This document shows, piece by piece, positions 39,085 to 51,706 of a stretch of 64,000 nt of DNA. The stretch spans positions 310,001 through 374,000 of the forward strand of contig JBODTK010000014.1 in the NCBI GenBank assembly GCA_050613775.1, read 5' to 3'. The number at the start of each line of letters is the position of its first letter. Within the stretch, counting starts at the first letter, position 1. A model generated the notes under the pieces. That model made no database searches. It had not been told where the DNA came from and worked only from the letters and a program-made list of their open reading frames with translations. The translations under genes were made by a program, and so were the position numbers. This DNA comes from Neocallimastix sp. 'constans' (lineage: Eukaryota).

Positions 39085-40042
39085 ATAGTACTAAAATGTT
39101 TTTTTTTTTTTTTTTTAATTAATAAAATTTTTAAAATTTAAATACATTTCTCCTCTATAAAAGATTTAATTAGAACTATTAATGATCCCGAACATGTAAA
39201 ATTTCTTATAAACATATATCAACTATCATGAAATAAAAAAAGTTTAATTATTATAATTATATCATTAATTTACTAAATTTCAATTCATTAAAAAAAAAAA
39301 AAAATAGCCATTAACGTTGGAACAATTAAATGTTATTCGTTTAGAAAGTATACATGTTGAAGATAGTAATAACTATATTTCTGTCACTTTCTACCCAACC
39401 ATTCCACATTGTTCTATGGCCACTTTAATTGGTCTCTGTATACGTGTTCGTTTACTTCGTTCCTTACCTTCTCGTTTTAAGGTAAAAAAAAAAAAAAAAA
39501 AAAAACTAGAAAGATAATAATAATAATTAGAAATAATAAATTTAGTAATAATAAATATAAGAATAACAATGAAGATAGTTAAATTATAATTGACCAAAGG
39601 AAAAAAAAAAAAAGGAGAAAGAAATTATTTTAATTTTAAAAATATAAAAGATAAAAAAAATCTATATACTAATTGTTATTTTTCTTTTTTTTTTTGATAA
39701 CCATGTATATATTATATTTTCAATAATTCAATTTTTTTATTATTGTTATATATGTATATATTAAAAAATATTAGATTGATATTTTCGTTGCTGAAGGTAC
39801 CCATCAAACTGATGCTGCTGTTAACAAACAATTAAATGAGTAAGTTTTTCATTTCATATATATAAATTAAACTTTGAAAATTATTATTATTTTATTTTTT
39901 TATTTTATTAGAATATGTCAAATTAAGAATTATTTCGTTAAATTACAATTATTGATTATATTTTTTTTTTTAACTCTATTTTTGATTTTAAAAATATTTT
40001 ATATGTAATAATAATATAATTTTAAATAAATTAATATGTAAA

Positions 40043-40076
<34 letters not shown>

Positions 40077-40186
40077 TATATAGCAAAGAAAGAGTAGCAG
40101 CTGCTTTAGAAAATACACATTTATTGAAGGTGGTTAATCAATGTTTAATTGAAAAAAATTATAATGATGATGATATCACCATTTAG
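38808..40186 (+). CDS. CIA2: Cytosolic Fe-S assembly component CIA2/MIP18 (FAM96B family); exons 38808-38937, 39164-39195, 39308-39481, 39775-39839, 40084-40186
   Basis: Spliced product: [87 protein letters not shown]. All introns are GT-AG and in phase. Confidence 0.95.
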
Positions 40187-40330
40187 TTTTCAAAATATCC
40201 CATCATTTTTTTTTCTCTCGTTTTGTTTTAGAATCAAAATATTTATAAATATATATATATATATACATTATTATAATTTCATTAAATAATACCTTCTTAA
40301 TAATTTTATTATGAATTATTATAATAATTT

Positions 40331-40364
<34 letters not shown>

Positions 40365-40471
40365 GAACAGTCAGTATTATAAATTTTTTTTATAAAAAAG
40401 AAAAATATATTAAATGATACAATATCAAAGTTTAATATATATATATATATATATAGATCAATATTATAAAC

Positions 40472-40508
<37 letters not shown>

Positions 40509-40759
40509 ATATTTAATAATATTCATAATATATAGAGGATCGTCATAGTTAATTTATTTAAAATTAATCATAATATTCATAATAATTAACAAAATAATAA
40601 CAAATTTATATAGAGAAGCTTTATTCATAATAATAAATATAATAAAAAAAAAACAAAAACAAAAATAAAATATTTATAAAAAAAAAAAAAATTTTTTTAT
40701 TTCTATTTCCTTCTTTTGTTTTTTTCCTTTTCCTTTTTATTTTTTTCATAATCTTAACA

Positions 40760-40798
<39 letters not shown>

Positions 40799-40973
40799 AA
40801 AACCTTTTTTTTTTTTTTTTTTTATTTTTTTTAATATATATATATATTCAATTTTATTTTAATATTAATTTTATTTTATAATTTATACTTATAAATTGCT
40901 TTTTATTATATATTACAATATGTATAAAATATAATATAGAAATTTTTGTATTATTTCTTTATTATTATATTTA

Positions 40974-41070
<97 letters not shown>

Positions 41071-41136
41071 TTTTTTTTTATTTTTTTATAAACTATTTTT
41101 TTAAATTTAAAATTTGAAAATTACTTACTTATATCA

Positions 41137-41307
41137 GTCCAATATTCTAGTGGTGATGTTAAAAAGTTTGTTCTTGTTGCAGCTACTGGTGTTGCTAGTA
41201 AGAACTGGGGTCCAAACGGTGTTGGTGATGATTATCCAGCCTATGAAGTTTTCGGACAAGAACTCATAAACAATTTAATTAAGTATAAATTCATCCAATT
41301 CAAATAA
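41137..41307 (+). pseudogene. Isolated gene fragment, possibly from a CE1 (feruloyl/acetyl xylan) esterase
   Basis: GC-richer island translating VQYSSGDVKKFVLVAATGVASKNWGPNG..YEVFGQELINNLI, similar to the F..EL..D+IP helix of CE1 esterases. No start codon or remainder of the gene is visible. Confidence 0.4.
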
Positions 41308-41364
41308 AAGAAAAAAGGTAAGTAACACAGAAATCATGAAATTAAATCATAATATCAATACTCT

Positions 41365-41580
41365 GATTGAACCCTACATTTTCAAAGATATATTCAAATT
41401 AAAAGATAAAAAGGAAATGGTTAACTTCAGTAAAAGAAGAGCTGTACAACATGAAAAAAAAAAAAGTTTATTCAATTGTTAAATAAAGTACCTTCAGGGT
41501 CTAATATCATTTCTTCCAGGTGGGTATTCAAGTATAAAAGGGATTCAAATGGTAAGGTAATCAAAAGAAAAGCAAGAAAG
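41365..41580 (+). mobile_element. Ty1/copia reverse transcriptase N-terminal fragment
   Basis: IEP..(W)LTSVKEEL..VYSIV..VPSGSNIISSRWVFKYKRDSNGKVIKRKAR, the typical start of copia RT. Confidence 0.85.
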
Positions 41581-42214
41581 GAGAAAAAATAATTATGATA
41601 GCTTAAAATGTATAATGAATTTTACATATATATTAAAGCTAAAAAATTACAATGAAATTTATAAAAGAAGACGTAAAGTATTTATGAACTTTTTTTTTTA
41701 TTATCCTAAGGAAAAATAAAGAATAAAATAAAAAGGTATTACAGTAAAATTAAAAATAAATGACATCATCAAAAAGAAGTTATCCAGAAATATGGAAAAA
41801 AAAAAAAAAAAAAAGGGTATTAATTTTGCTTTTCAAAATAAAAAAACCTTCTTATTATATAAATATTAAAACAATAATTATAGTATAGTTCAATAATATA
41901 TATTTTGATATTCAAATACTTTAATAACTTATAATATTTTGATATAAGATATTATTTAAATATATTAATATATAATATTAAAAATTTTCTATATAAAATA
42001 TTATAATTTGACTTTTAATTTATAATATAAAAATTTTTTATATATATTTAACTATTATTTAATTTTATTTTATTTTATTTTATTTTTTTAAATTTCAATT
42101 CATAGATAGATAATGTTTTCACTGAGTATTAATTTTATATTTTTTTTTTTTTATTTATTTTTATATTAATTTTTTTTAATCAATAATAATTGATTTTAAA
42201 TTTATGAACCTTTT

Positions 42215-42258
<44 letters not shown>

Positions 42259-42767
42259 TTTTTTTATTTTAATTTATTATGTATTGCTTTATTTTTTATT
42301 TTATTTCATTTTGTTTTTCTTTATTATTTATATTTTATTTTATTTTTTAAAATTCATAGTTATAGATTTATATAAAGTATTAATATTATTTTTCCTTTCT
42401 TTTTTTTTTTTTACCATATACTATATTTTTTTTTTTTTAATCAATAATAATTGATCTTAAATTGAGGTTATTTTTTTAATATTGATATAAATTCTTTTCT
42501 TTTATTAAATATTGTTAATTATTGATGTTTTTACTTTTATATAAATTTTTTAATTGTATTTTTTTTATTTAAATTTTAATTTTAGTTTATTGCATATTTT
42601 TATTTTGTTTTATTTTTCTTAAAAAATTATGAATTCTTTAATAAAGATTGATTTCTATAATCAATCAAATCTAATGGATAATTAATATATATTTATTTTT
42701 TAGTTTGGATTTTTTTTATAGATAATTATATAATAGTTAAAGTAATATTTTTTTATATTAAATTTAT

Positions 42768-44852
42768 TTATAATATTGATTTTTTCCATTTCATTTTTCC
42801 TGAATCATTATTGCATTTGTCAATACGTGGAGTCATGGAATAGTAAACACATAATTTATTATTATTATTATCGGTAAGATGCTTGCCATTAATATCGTAG
42901 ACATCAATAGAGTCTGATGAATAGCCTCCATACATAAATTTATGTTTGGCATTTTCACAATTGACGATGCTAAGGAAGTTATAACCGTTTGTACTGTGAT
43001 GATTACCTAAATCTAAACAATGACTAGATGGATTTCCAGGATTACCATAAGTACCATCGGATAAATATAAGAGAGATGGTTTAGTTTCAGAAGTAACATG
43101 CCATGTACGATATTTATAACTATCATTACTATTTTTATCATGAATATCGAAATATTCATAATTCTTTAATTCCTTAACACCTAAATAGTAATTTAATGTA
43201 GGATCTAATGTCCCTTTGAATTTAATAGTAACATAATTAGAAATAGTTGGTTCTGATTCATCGTTGTTATTAGAAGTTTCATTAATAGAGAATTTTCCAA
43301 GGTAGTTAGCACCTAAGGATTCATTCCAAATATTTTTGTCATCATTAGCAAATCTGATAGGGAAACCATTTAATCCTTTACTTTTAGTTCCAGTAGCAAT
43401 TCTTAAGTATACTTTGTAATTTCCATTTTTCATGCCATTTGGAAGAATTGCTTTTACTTTGACTGTAGTTTTTTCTTTAGAATTCCAATTATTTGGATTA
43501 CCATTTTCGATAGATTGAATTTCAGATAGGTCATAACGGTTATTGTTATTATCAATTACTAAAAGAGAGAGTGATTTTGGTTTTACAAGATTACCATAAC
43601 CAACATTTTCAATATCAACTTCCATTCTAAATATTCCATTACTTTTAGCTGACTTTGTAAGACGAACACCACGAACAACATATCTATAACCAAGATGGTT
43701 TTCAACATAATTGTAACCAGATATTCCCTTATATCTTTTATCAACACCATTATACTTTTTATTTTTTAAGTTACTAATAGTCACGTTATAATGTCCATTG
43801 TTCAAATAACTTGTATGAGTCAAAAATGCTTCTTTGTCCATATAATCAGCTGTAGGACTTACATTACCCATATCATCGTCTTCATCGATACCTCCAAATT
43901 CACCTCCAAATAATGTATGTTTTGCTTGATTTTTTAACCATTTTATTTCTTGTTCTCTATTTTTGTAAGTACCAAGATCACTTTTTGATGCAAGATATCC
44001 ATCATTGTATATACCTACTCTGTAAGCCTTTTCATTTGGTTTTGTAATTTGACTTGAAATCTTGGATAAATCTATATTAGCCCAATCACTGTATATTTTA
44101 GGAGTTCTTACACTTATAGTAAGTGATTCTGGTAAAAATTCTAACCAATTATTAATAACTTTATTTAAATATTTAGGTTTTTCGCTATCCGAGTAGACAC
44201 TACTTCCATGCATTTCACCCCATTTACCAAATAATCCACATTCAACTGAAGCTATGATATCATCATATTTTTTAAGGACTCGGCTTACCTGTTTTTGATG
44301 ATTTCTTACATTGTCAGAAGAAGGATCCTTACTGACATCACCATTGAAACCAGGATCATATGCAAATCTAATTACGATAGTTTTATGATTTCTTTTTATT
44401 TGTTCTAAATATTTATCTAAGAAGGTGAGAGCTTCCTCATCTATAGAATGTTTTTGATAATCAGAAATATCTACTAAAAGTCGAATTAAATTGGTCTTTG
44501 GAATAGAATGATTCTTACTCTTTCTATTTCTTCTTAAATAAATTACTATTTCTGTATAAAAACCTCTATAAGGATTTTGAACCTCGGAAAGAGATTCTAC
44601 ATAACTAATGTCATTTATAGATTGAAAATTACCATTAGATAATTCATCTCTTTTCATGACAGGATTAAAAGAAGTATTCAAAGAATTATAAGTTTGATTT
44701 TGAGCAAGGACATTCTCTGTAGATAAATCAACCTTATCATCCATTTCAAACGAGTAGTCTAAATTTGTATCAAGAGTTGGCTTTCCATAAACCTTAATAT
44801 CTTTTAATAATAATAAAGATACTACAGTTGTAATAGAAGTAAAAAATTTCAT
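42768..44852 (-). CDS. Secreted DUF4874/DUF4832 glycoside-hydrolase-like protein with C-terminal ricin-B-like module, copy 1
   Basis: Signal peptide; NPYRGFY, IRFAYD, GLFGKWGEMH, RVGIYNDGYLAS..DLGTY, FGGE, HTSYLN, HLGYRYV and ENVGYGN motifs; Cys-paired C-terminus (CLDLG, IVNC, LCV, KC..MKW). Intronless. Confidence 0.8.
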   Translation of the reverse strand: MKFFTSITTVVSLLLLKDIKVYGKPTLDTNLDYSFEMDDKVDLSTENVLAQNQTYNSLNTSFNPVMKRDELSNGNFQSINDISYVESLSEVQNPYRGFYTEIVIYLRRNRKSKNHSIPKTNLIRLLVDISDYQKHSIDEEALTFLDKYLEQIKRNHKTIVIRFAYDPGFNGDVSKDPSSDNVRNHQKQVSRVLKKYDDIIASVECGLFGKWGEMHGSSVYSDSEKPKYLNKVINNWLEFLPESLTISVRTPKIYSDWANIDLSKISSQITKPNEKAYRVGIYNDGYLASKSDLGTYKNREQEIKWLKNQAKHTLFGGEFGGIDEDDDMGNVSPTADYMDKEAFLTHTSYLNNGHYNVTISNLKNKKYNGVDKRYKGISGYNYVENHLGYRYVVRGVRLTKSAKSNGIFRMEVDIENVGYGNLVKPKSLSLLVIDNNNNRYDLSEIQSIENGNPNNWNSKEKTTVKVKAILPNGMKNGNYKVYLRIATGTKSKGLNGFPIRFANDDKNIWNESLGANYLGKFSINETSNNNDESEPTISNYVTIKFKGTLDPTLNYYLGVKELKNYEYFDIHDKNSNDSYKYRTWHVTSETKPSLLYLSDGTYGNPGNPSSHCLDLGNHHSTNGYNFLSIVNCENAKHKFMYGGYSSDSIDVYDINGKHLTDNNNNKLCVYYSMTPRIDKCNNDSGKMKWKKSIL

Positions 44853-45997
44853 TTTTTTTTATTTTTTTTAAATTGTATTATTTTTTAGTTTTGTAATATA
44901 AAAAATATAATTTTATATTTTAAATTTTTATTATTATTTCTTTTTTTATTTTTAAAATTTTGAAAAAAGAAAAGATTAAATAATCTTTTTTATATATAAT
45001 TATTTTATAAAATAATTATATTATTATTTTATTTATTTTAATTTTTTTGAAGAATAAATTAAGAAAAAATTACTTCTATTTATATTTTAATGAAAAAAAA
45101 CATCTAAATGTACAGCTATAATAATATAAATAATAAAAGTAAATGTTTCCATTATTGAATAATTTTAATTAACGAAATAAATTTTATTACGTATAATATT
45201 ACCTTATAATGTAAAATTAAAAATAATAAAAATATATTATATATTATACTATTATTTAATATTATATTATTACTTTATATTATATAATTGTTTAATAATA
45301 ATAACATTAATATATATATATACATTATTACTTTTTTTTTTTTTTTTACATAAATTATTTTCATTTTATTTTATTTTTATTTCTTCCATTTAAATTGAAA
45401 AATATATAAATTAAATTTTTTTTTTTATTTTTTAATTTTTAAATTTATATATATCAAATTTTTTTTATGTTTTTGTTTCAAATTTATAAAAAATATAGAT
45501 TTAATTTTTTATTGGGTGAAAACATTATTGGCAAAATAAAATAAAATTTAGGATTAAATAATTTTTTTTTTAATAATCCTTATAATGCCTATTAAAAATT
45601 TAATATTCGAATAATCGAAATGCTATATTATTATGAGATTTTTAAATAATTAAAATCTAAAATAAAAAAAATAAAATAAATTATAATTATTAATATATAT
45701 AAGTAATAAAATTTTAAGCTACTTTAAATTATCAATTTAATATAGTAAATTATTAATAAAAATAAAGATAAAATTATATCAATAATTATTAATTTTTTTT
45801 TATTCATTATTAGTCATATAATTATTTACTATAATTTTATTTAATATAATATTATCAATTAAATTATTTTATTATTGATTGTTATGTTATAATTACTTTT
45901 GATGAATTATTTCATTTAAAAATTATTTATTTTATTTTAATTTATTTTATTTTATTTTATTTAAATATATACATAAATTAAAAAATATACGTATTAT

Positions 45998-46032
<35 letters not shown>

Positions 46033-46389
46033 GAGATTTAAAATATACCTTCTATTTATTCATTGGTTGAAATATTTAAAAATTTTATTTATAAAAAAAA
46101 ATATTATTAAATTTTTATTTAATTTATTTATTAATTATTTATTATTCATTTATTTAAATTTATATTCATTTATTTAAATATTTATTCATTTAATAAAAGT
46201 TTTATATAATTTAATTAAATATTTATTATCATAATATTTATTTATTTAAATATTTATATATTTATTTACTTATTTATTAATTTTTTTAATTTTTTTTTTA
46301 ATTTCATTTTAAAGATAGAATATTCTAATTTATTTTTTTTTTATTTTTATTTTTTTTTTTTTTGGAAATAAATTTTAAATATTAGAATT

Positions 46390-46760
46390 TAAACTTTAAA
46401 TTTCTTGAAAATGTACAATACCATTGATGTTTAATAAAATTTGGAATAATTTTCTTCGGATAAATAAAGTGAGCAATTTATAGCTCATACAATAGAATTT
46501 TATTTAATTTCAGTGAAATAAATTTAAATAAAATAAAATCAATTTTTGACTTTTTCCATCTGAGGTACTTTTATTCTTATCTTTCTAATTATATTACTAA
46601 AAAAGTTGAAAATAGTAAAATTTATTTAAATTCTAATGATAGAGATAATAAATCTATTTCACTTGATAAACTTTATAAAATAGAGAATAAAAATGACAGG
46701 GTCAGAGAAAATATGGATATCCATTTCTCATTAACTTTCTCTAGGAAAATATAATGATAA
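46390..46760 (+). repeat. Degenerate coding-like repeat of unknown origin; related copies at ~54350-54560 (+) and ~60955-61310 (-)
   Basis: Shared FNKIWNNFL / FSHL.YFYSYL coding-like sequence in three places, with stops and frameshifts. Confidence 0.55.
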
Positions 46761-47089
46761 TTCCACTACTTCATATGATAATAACTACTACTATCCAAGT
46801 TCGGCTGGAAAAGATGTTGATATTTTTATTATCTTTCATTTTTTTTTTTTTTTATGTTTATTTTTTTTTTTTTTTTTTGTACAGTAGTAATTATTTCGAA
46901 TTTTAATCATTATTAATTTATTCATTTATTAATTATATAATTATTTTTTTATTTAAAAAAAAAAAAAAAACACATAAGTAATAAAAAAATAAATATTATT
47001 TTGTCCAATTAGAATATAATTGTAATTAAAATAGTAACGTGAACTAAAAAGTAATATTTAAAAATAAAATGCTTAAATAAATTTTAGAA

Positions 47090-47930
47090 AAAAAGTTCAT
47101 ATGAAACGAACTTTACCTCCATGATTATAAGTTCTTTGCTTAAAATGGAATTCTTATTCTGTATTAGGGTTTGAATTGACTATTTGAAAAGAAATTATGT
47201 ATAATTTCTCTAAAGAAAGTTACAGATCTCATCAAGAATAATCACCGGAAATGATTTGGTTTTTATACTAAAAATTCCATTCAGTTTTAAAATTTAAATT
47301 ATTAATGTCTTTATCTCTTTCACCAAGAAAGAAGAATTATAATCGGTATCACGTCATTATATATTTACAAACTCATTATTCAGAAAATTACTTTAATATT
47401 AACACGATTTTCAACAATTGATCTATTTATTATATTATTCGTAACAATTCTATTATTTTCCCAATTTCTAATATTAATATTCTTATTTTACTATCAATAA
47501 TACTATTATTATTAATGATAATATTTTTATCGTCATTATTAATAATATTATACTTTTATTTATTACTATTTTAATCAGTACTTGATTCTGCATTATTCAT
47601 ATCTGTAAAAGCAATGTTTACATTAATATTTGATATAAAACAATATTTGGAAATCATAAAAAATTTTTTATAAAGAATTTCAATATCTTTAAAATATTTC
47701 ATTCGAAATTCATGGAAAAAAAATAGTATTTAGAAAACAAATGTTCCAATCGAGAATAACTATTTTCTTTATAGCAACAAGGATATGGTTCTGGACAGTC
47801 GTCTTCAATCCTACTGGTGGCTTTGGCAACACAAACATTGAATTTATATCCACAATGTACCCTAACCCAATAGAAGTCTAACTTTTGTAAAAATTATTGG
47901 AATAGAATATGGAAAAAATAACAGAATTTA
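47090..47930 (-). mobile_element. LINE 3' (Zn-finger) remnant, mirrored at ~59780-60620
   Basis: Minus strand reads LDFYWVRVHCGYKFNV..EDDCPEPYPCC..LEHLF, homologous to the GFF..RIRC..EDCPKSCPCC..FSHW segment of the 12990-13150 LINE relic. Confidence 0.7.
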
Positions 47931-48875
47931 TATTTTATAAATGCTTTTTAAAAAAATTAAAAAATTATATTTATATATATTATAAATTAACATATATATA
48001 TATTGAAATAAGTAATTATTTATATATTGTATATTTTATGAATATATTGTAAAAAAATTATTTTTATGTATTTTATGTTTTTTATTTTATTTTATTTTAT
48101 TTTTTTTTTAAAATAAATATTTTATAATTATATTTTATTATTATGTAATTAATATAAAAACGGAATTAAAGTTACATTATATATACAAATATTAAATTAT
48201 TTGATTATTGAAGTAAATTAAAAAAAGAAATGTTATATAAATTAAAAATTAAATAAAATAAAAATTAATAACAAGATTGAACTAAATAAAATAAAAATAT
48301 TAAAATTTATTAATTATATATAGAGGTATCATTTAAATTATTTATTAATTAACTTTATACTTAATTTAATACATGTAATACGTAAAATTTAAGAAAAATA
48401 ACTGACTGGAAAAAAATAGATGATGAGAAAAGAGAAAAAAATAATTATGTTAGTTTAAAATTTATAATTGATCCTATATATATATATATTATATTTAAAA
48501 AATTACTATGAAATTTATATAGAGGACAAAAATTATTTATTAATTTTATTTTTTTTTTTTTTATCCTAAAGGAAAAATAAAGAAAAAAAATAAAATTGTG
48601 TTATAGTAAAATTAAAAATGAATAATATTAACAAAAAGAAGCAATCCAACAAGTATTAAAAAAAAAATTATTAATTTTGACCTTTAAAATAAAAAATTTT
48701 CCTATTGCATTATTTCTTATAAACATTAAAATAATATTTATAACATAATTCAAATATATACTAACGTTTTGATATAAAAATAATTTAATAAAATATAATA
48801 TTTTGTTAAAAGATATTATTTAAATATATTAATATATAGTATTAAAATTTATTTTATAAAATACTATATAGTTTG

Positions 48876-50978
48876 TATTAGAATATGTGAAATGTATGAA
48901 AAATTAACTTTAAATGTATTGAAACATATTGTAATATAAATAATGTATAAACCACAATGTATTAATATAAAAACATTTAATTTAAAATGATTAAGGGTTA
49001 GTAACTCTTTATCATAAAATATATTAATAAAATTGACATAATTATAAACCATAAAATACTAACTCTTAATAGATTAAAAGTCTCATCTGATTCTTAAAAA
49101 TATTCTTAACAAAAGAATCTTTTGCCAGTCACAATTTTATGTCAGAAAAAAAAAATAAATAAAATTTAATTGAATTTTAAATTATGATGAAAGCTGCTCA
49201 TTATGTCAATTTTAGGAAAACTAATAAAACTGATTGCAAAATTGAAGAAACGCTTATAATATAAAATAGTTGATAAAAGGAAGTTACTACAAACTAAATA
49301 AAACTCTAAAAATATTAATATATTATTTAAATTGGGAAAACACACTTAAAGGCTATTAGTAATGTAATATATCTATGTATAAAGGAATCTGCTATGTAGT
49401 AAACTATTTCTACCCTATGAATATACGAAATAAAATTTAAAGATATATATTAATAAGATTTAAACAATCATATATTAATTAATGATTCTTTTTAAACAAC
49501 AAAACACATTATTGAAAGTATAGTTATTTTAACGCGTATTTATACATATCAACACGTATATATAAATATAAACTACATTAATGGAAGAGTTCATATATTA
49601 GAGACTTCATATAAAAATAACTAAAATAAAATATTACAAATATTAAAGGGGAATACAATAGAATGGTTCCTATGGTACATTCTAATAATAATAGTATTAT
49701 TTAACCTAGTGCGAAATAGGTTTAGATAATAACAAATTCAATATAATTATAGTGCAAACCTTCGTGATGAAGGGTATAATAAAATAATAAATATAATTAT
49801 GATTTATGTATAAATGGATGATATTTATCCATTTACAAATTATACTTATTGATTGAAAAATATTTTAAATTTATTAAATTTCTATAATTAATATTTTAAT
49901 GATGAGAAAATTCAAATATATAAAATCCTTTTTAGAAATTTAGATTTTAGGGGGAAGTAGGAAAAATAAAATAAAAATTATAAAATATTAAAGAAAAGTC
50001 ATTGAACTGATTCTTTGAACTGATTCTTTGAACTGATTCTTTGAATTGATTATTTAAAATAATATTTACCTTGGAAATGAATAAAATAGCCTAATAGTGA
50101 ATATTTAACAAAAATTAACTTTCAAGAAAAAAAAATAACTGAAAAATTTAATATTAATCAATTATGAAACAATTTATATTAATTACTAATAAATTTAATT
50201 GACCAGAATAATATAATTAATAATAAATACTATCAATTTTAATAACCCAAGATTATGATATATCAAGTACACCGATATATAATTAATAATTTATTTTAAT
50301 AGTAATCGCTAAAACTACAAAGCGAAAATATATAAAAGTTAGCGCTATTCTATAAAGCGAATTATAATTGAAAGTGATGTAAAATCAAATATATAATAGG
50401 TATTCACACAAATTGAAATGGTATAATATCACCCTTCAAGAGAAAGATTTCCCTCATATAAATGTTAATATATAAACCTTATATTATAAGAGATATTTAA
50501 GATACATCTAATATTAATGATGTAATAATATTAAATAATAAGTTTTAGAGGAAAATTATTAGATTATATATATATTTAAGAAATTATTTTAGCAATATTT
50601 AAATTGAATTAAATAATAAATATGATGTAAAAAATATTTTATTCATGTTAAAGGTTAATTTTGAATAGAAATAAATAATAGTTTAATAATATCAAGTTAA
50701 TATTATATATAAAATAGGATAATTTTATATTCAAATATTCACCAGTAAATTAATTTATTCATATAGAATAACTAGGTTTAAGGGAAAATGTTAGAATATG
50801 TGAATATATGAAAAATAATATTCAAATATATTAAAACATAATATAAATAATGTATAAGCCCTAATCTATTAATATAAATGCATTTAATTTAGAATAATTA
50901 AGTTCTAGTAACTCTATTTTATATAATATATTAATAAAATTTACATAATTATAAACCATAAAATCCTAATTCTTAACA
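48876..50978 (+). mobile_element. Degraded copia-type LTR retrotransposon with 5-bp TSD
   Basis: Diverged ~190-bp direct repeats at 48876-49071 and 50789-50978 (TGTTAG...TTAACA). Polypurine tract TTTAAGGGAAAA precedes the 3' LTR. TSD GTTTG at 48871-48875 and 50979-50983. Internal region decayed. Confidence 0.8.
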
Positions 50979-51706
50979 GTTTGGCATTTAATTTATAATA
51001 AAAATTTTTTTTTTATTTATATATTTTATTTATATATTTTATTTTTATTATTTATTTTTATTTTTTATTTTTATTTTAAATTTTTATTCATAGATACATG
51101 TTTACATTAATTATTTATTTTATATATTCTTTTTTTTTATTGTATTAATTTTTATTAATTAATAATAATTGATTTTAAATTTATAATCATTTTATTTTAT
51201 TTTTTTTAATTTTTTTTATATATAAAGTATTGTTTTATTGTTTATTTTATTTTATTTTATTTTTATTTTTATTTTTATTTTTTAAATTTTAATTTATAGT
51301 TATAGAGAGATAAAATATTGATATTTTTTTTTATTATTATAGTATAAATTTTTTTTATTAATCAATAATAATTGATTTTAAATTGATAATATTTTTTTTA
51401 ATATTGATATAATTTTTTTCTTTTATTAAATATTGTTAATTATTGATGATTTTACTTTTATATAAATTTTTTAATTTTATTTTTTTATTTAAATTTTTAT
51501 TTTAGTTTATTGCATATTTTTATTTTGTTTTATTTTTATTTTTTTTGTTTTTTTAAAAAATTATGAATTCTTAAATAATGATTGATTTTTATAATCAATC
51601 AAATTTAATGGATTATTATTAATATATATTTATTTTTTAGTTTGGATTTTTTTTTTTATAGATAATTATATTTTAATTAAAGTAATATTTTTTATATTAA
51701 ATTTAT

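Noticed and set aside
37691..40510. Short ORFs rich in F/K/I (37691-37968, 38875-39084, 39391-39597, 40319-40510)
   Set aside because: Products of homopolymer tracts or overlaps with CIA2 exons and introns.
50001..50052. Four tandem 12-bp units (TTGAACTGATTC-like)
   Set aside because: Minisatellite inside the decayed copia element; there are no spacers, so it is not CRISPR.
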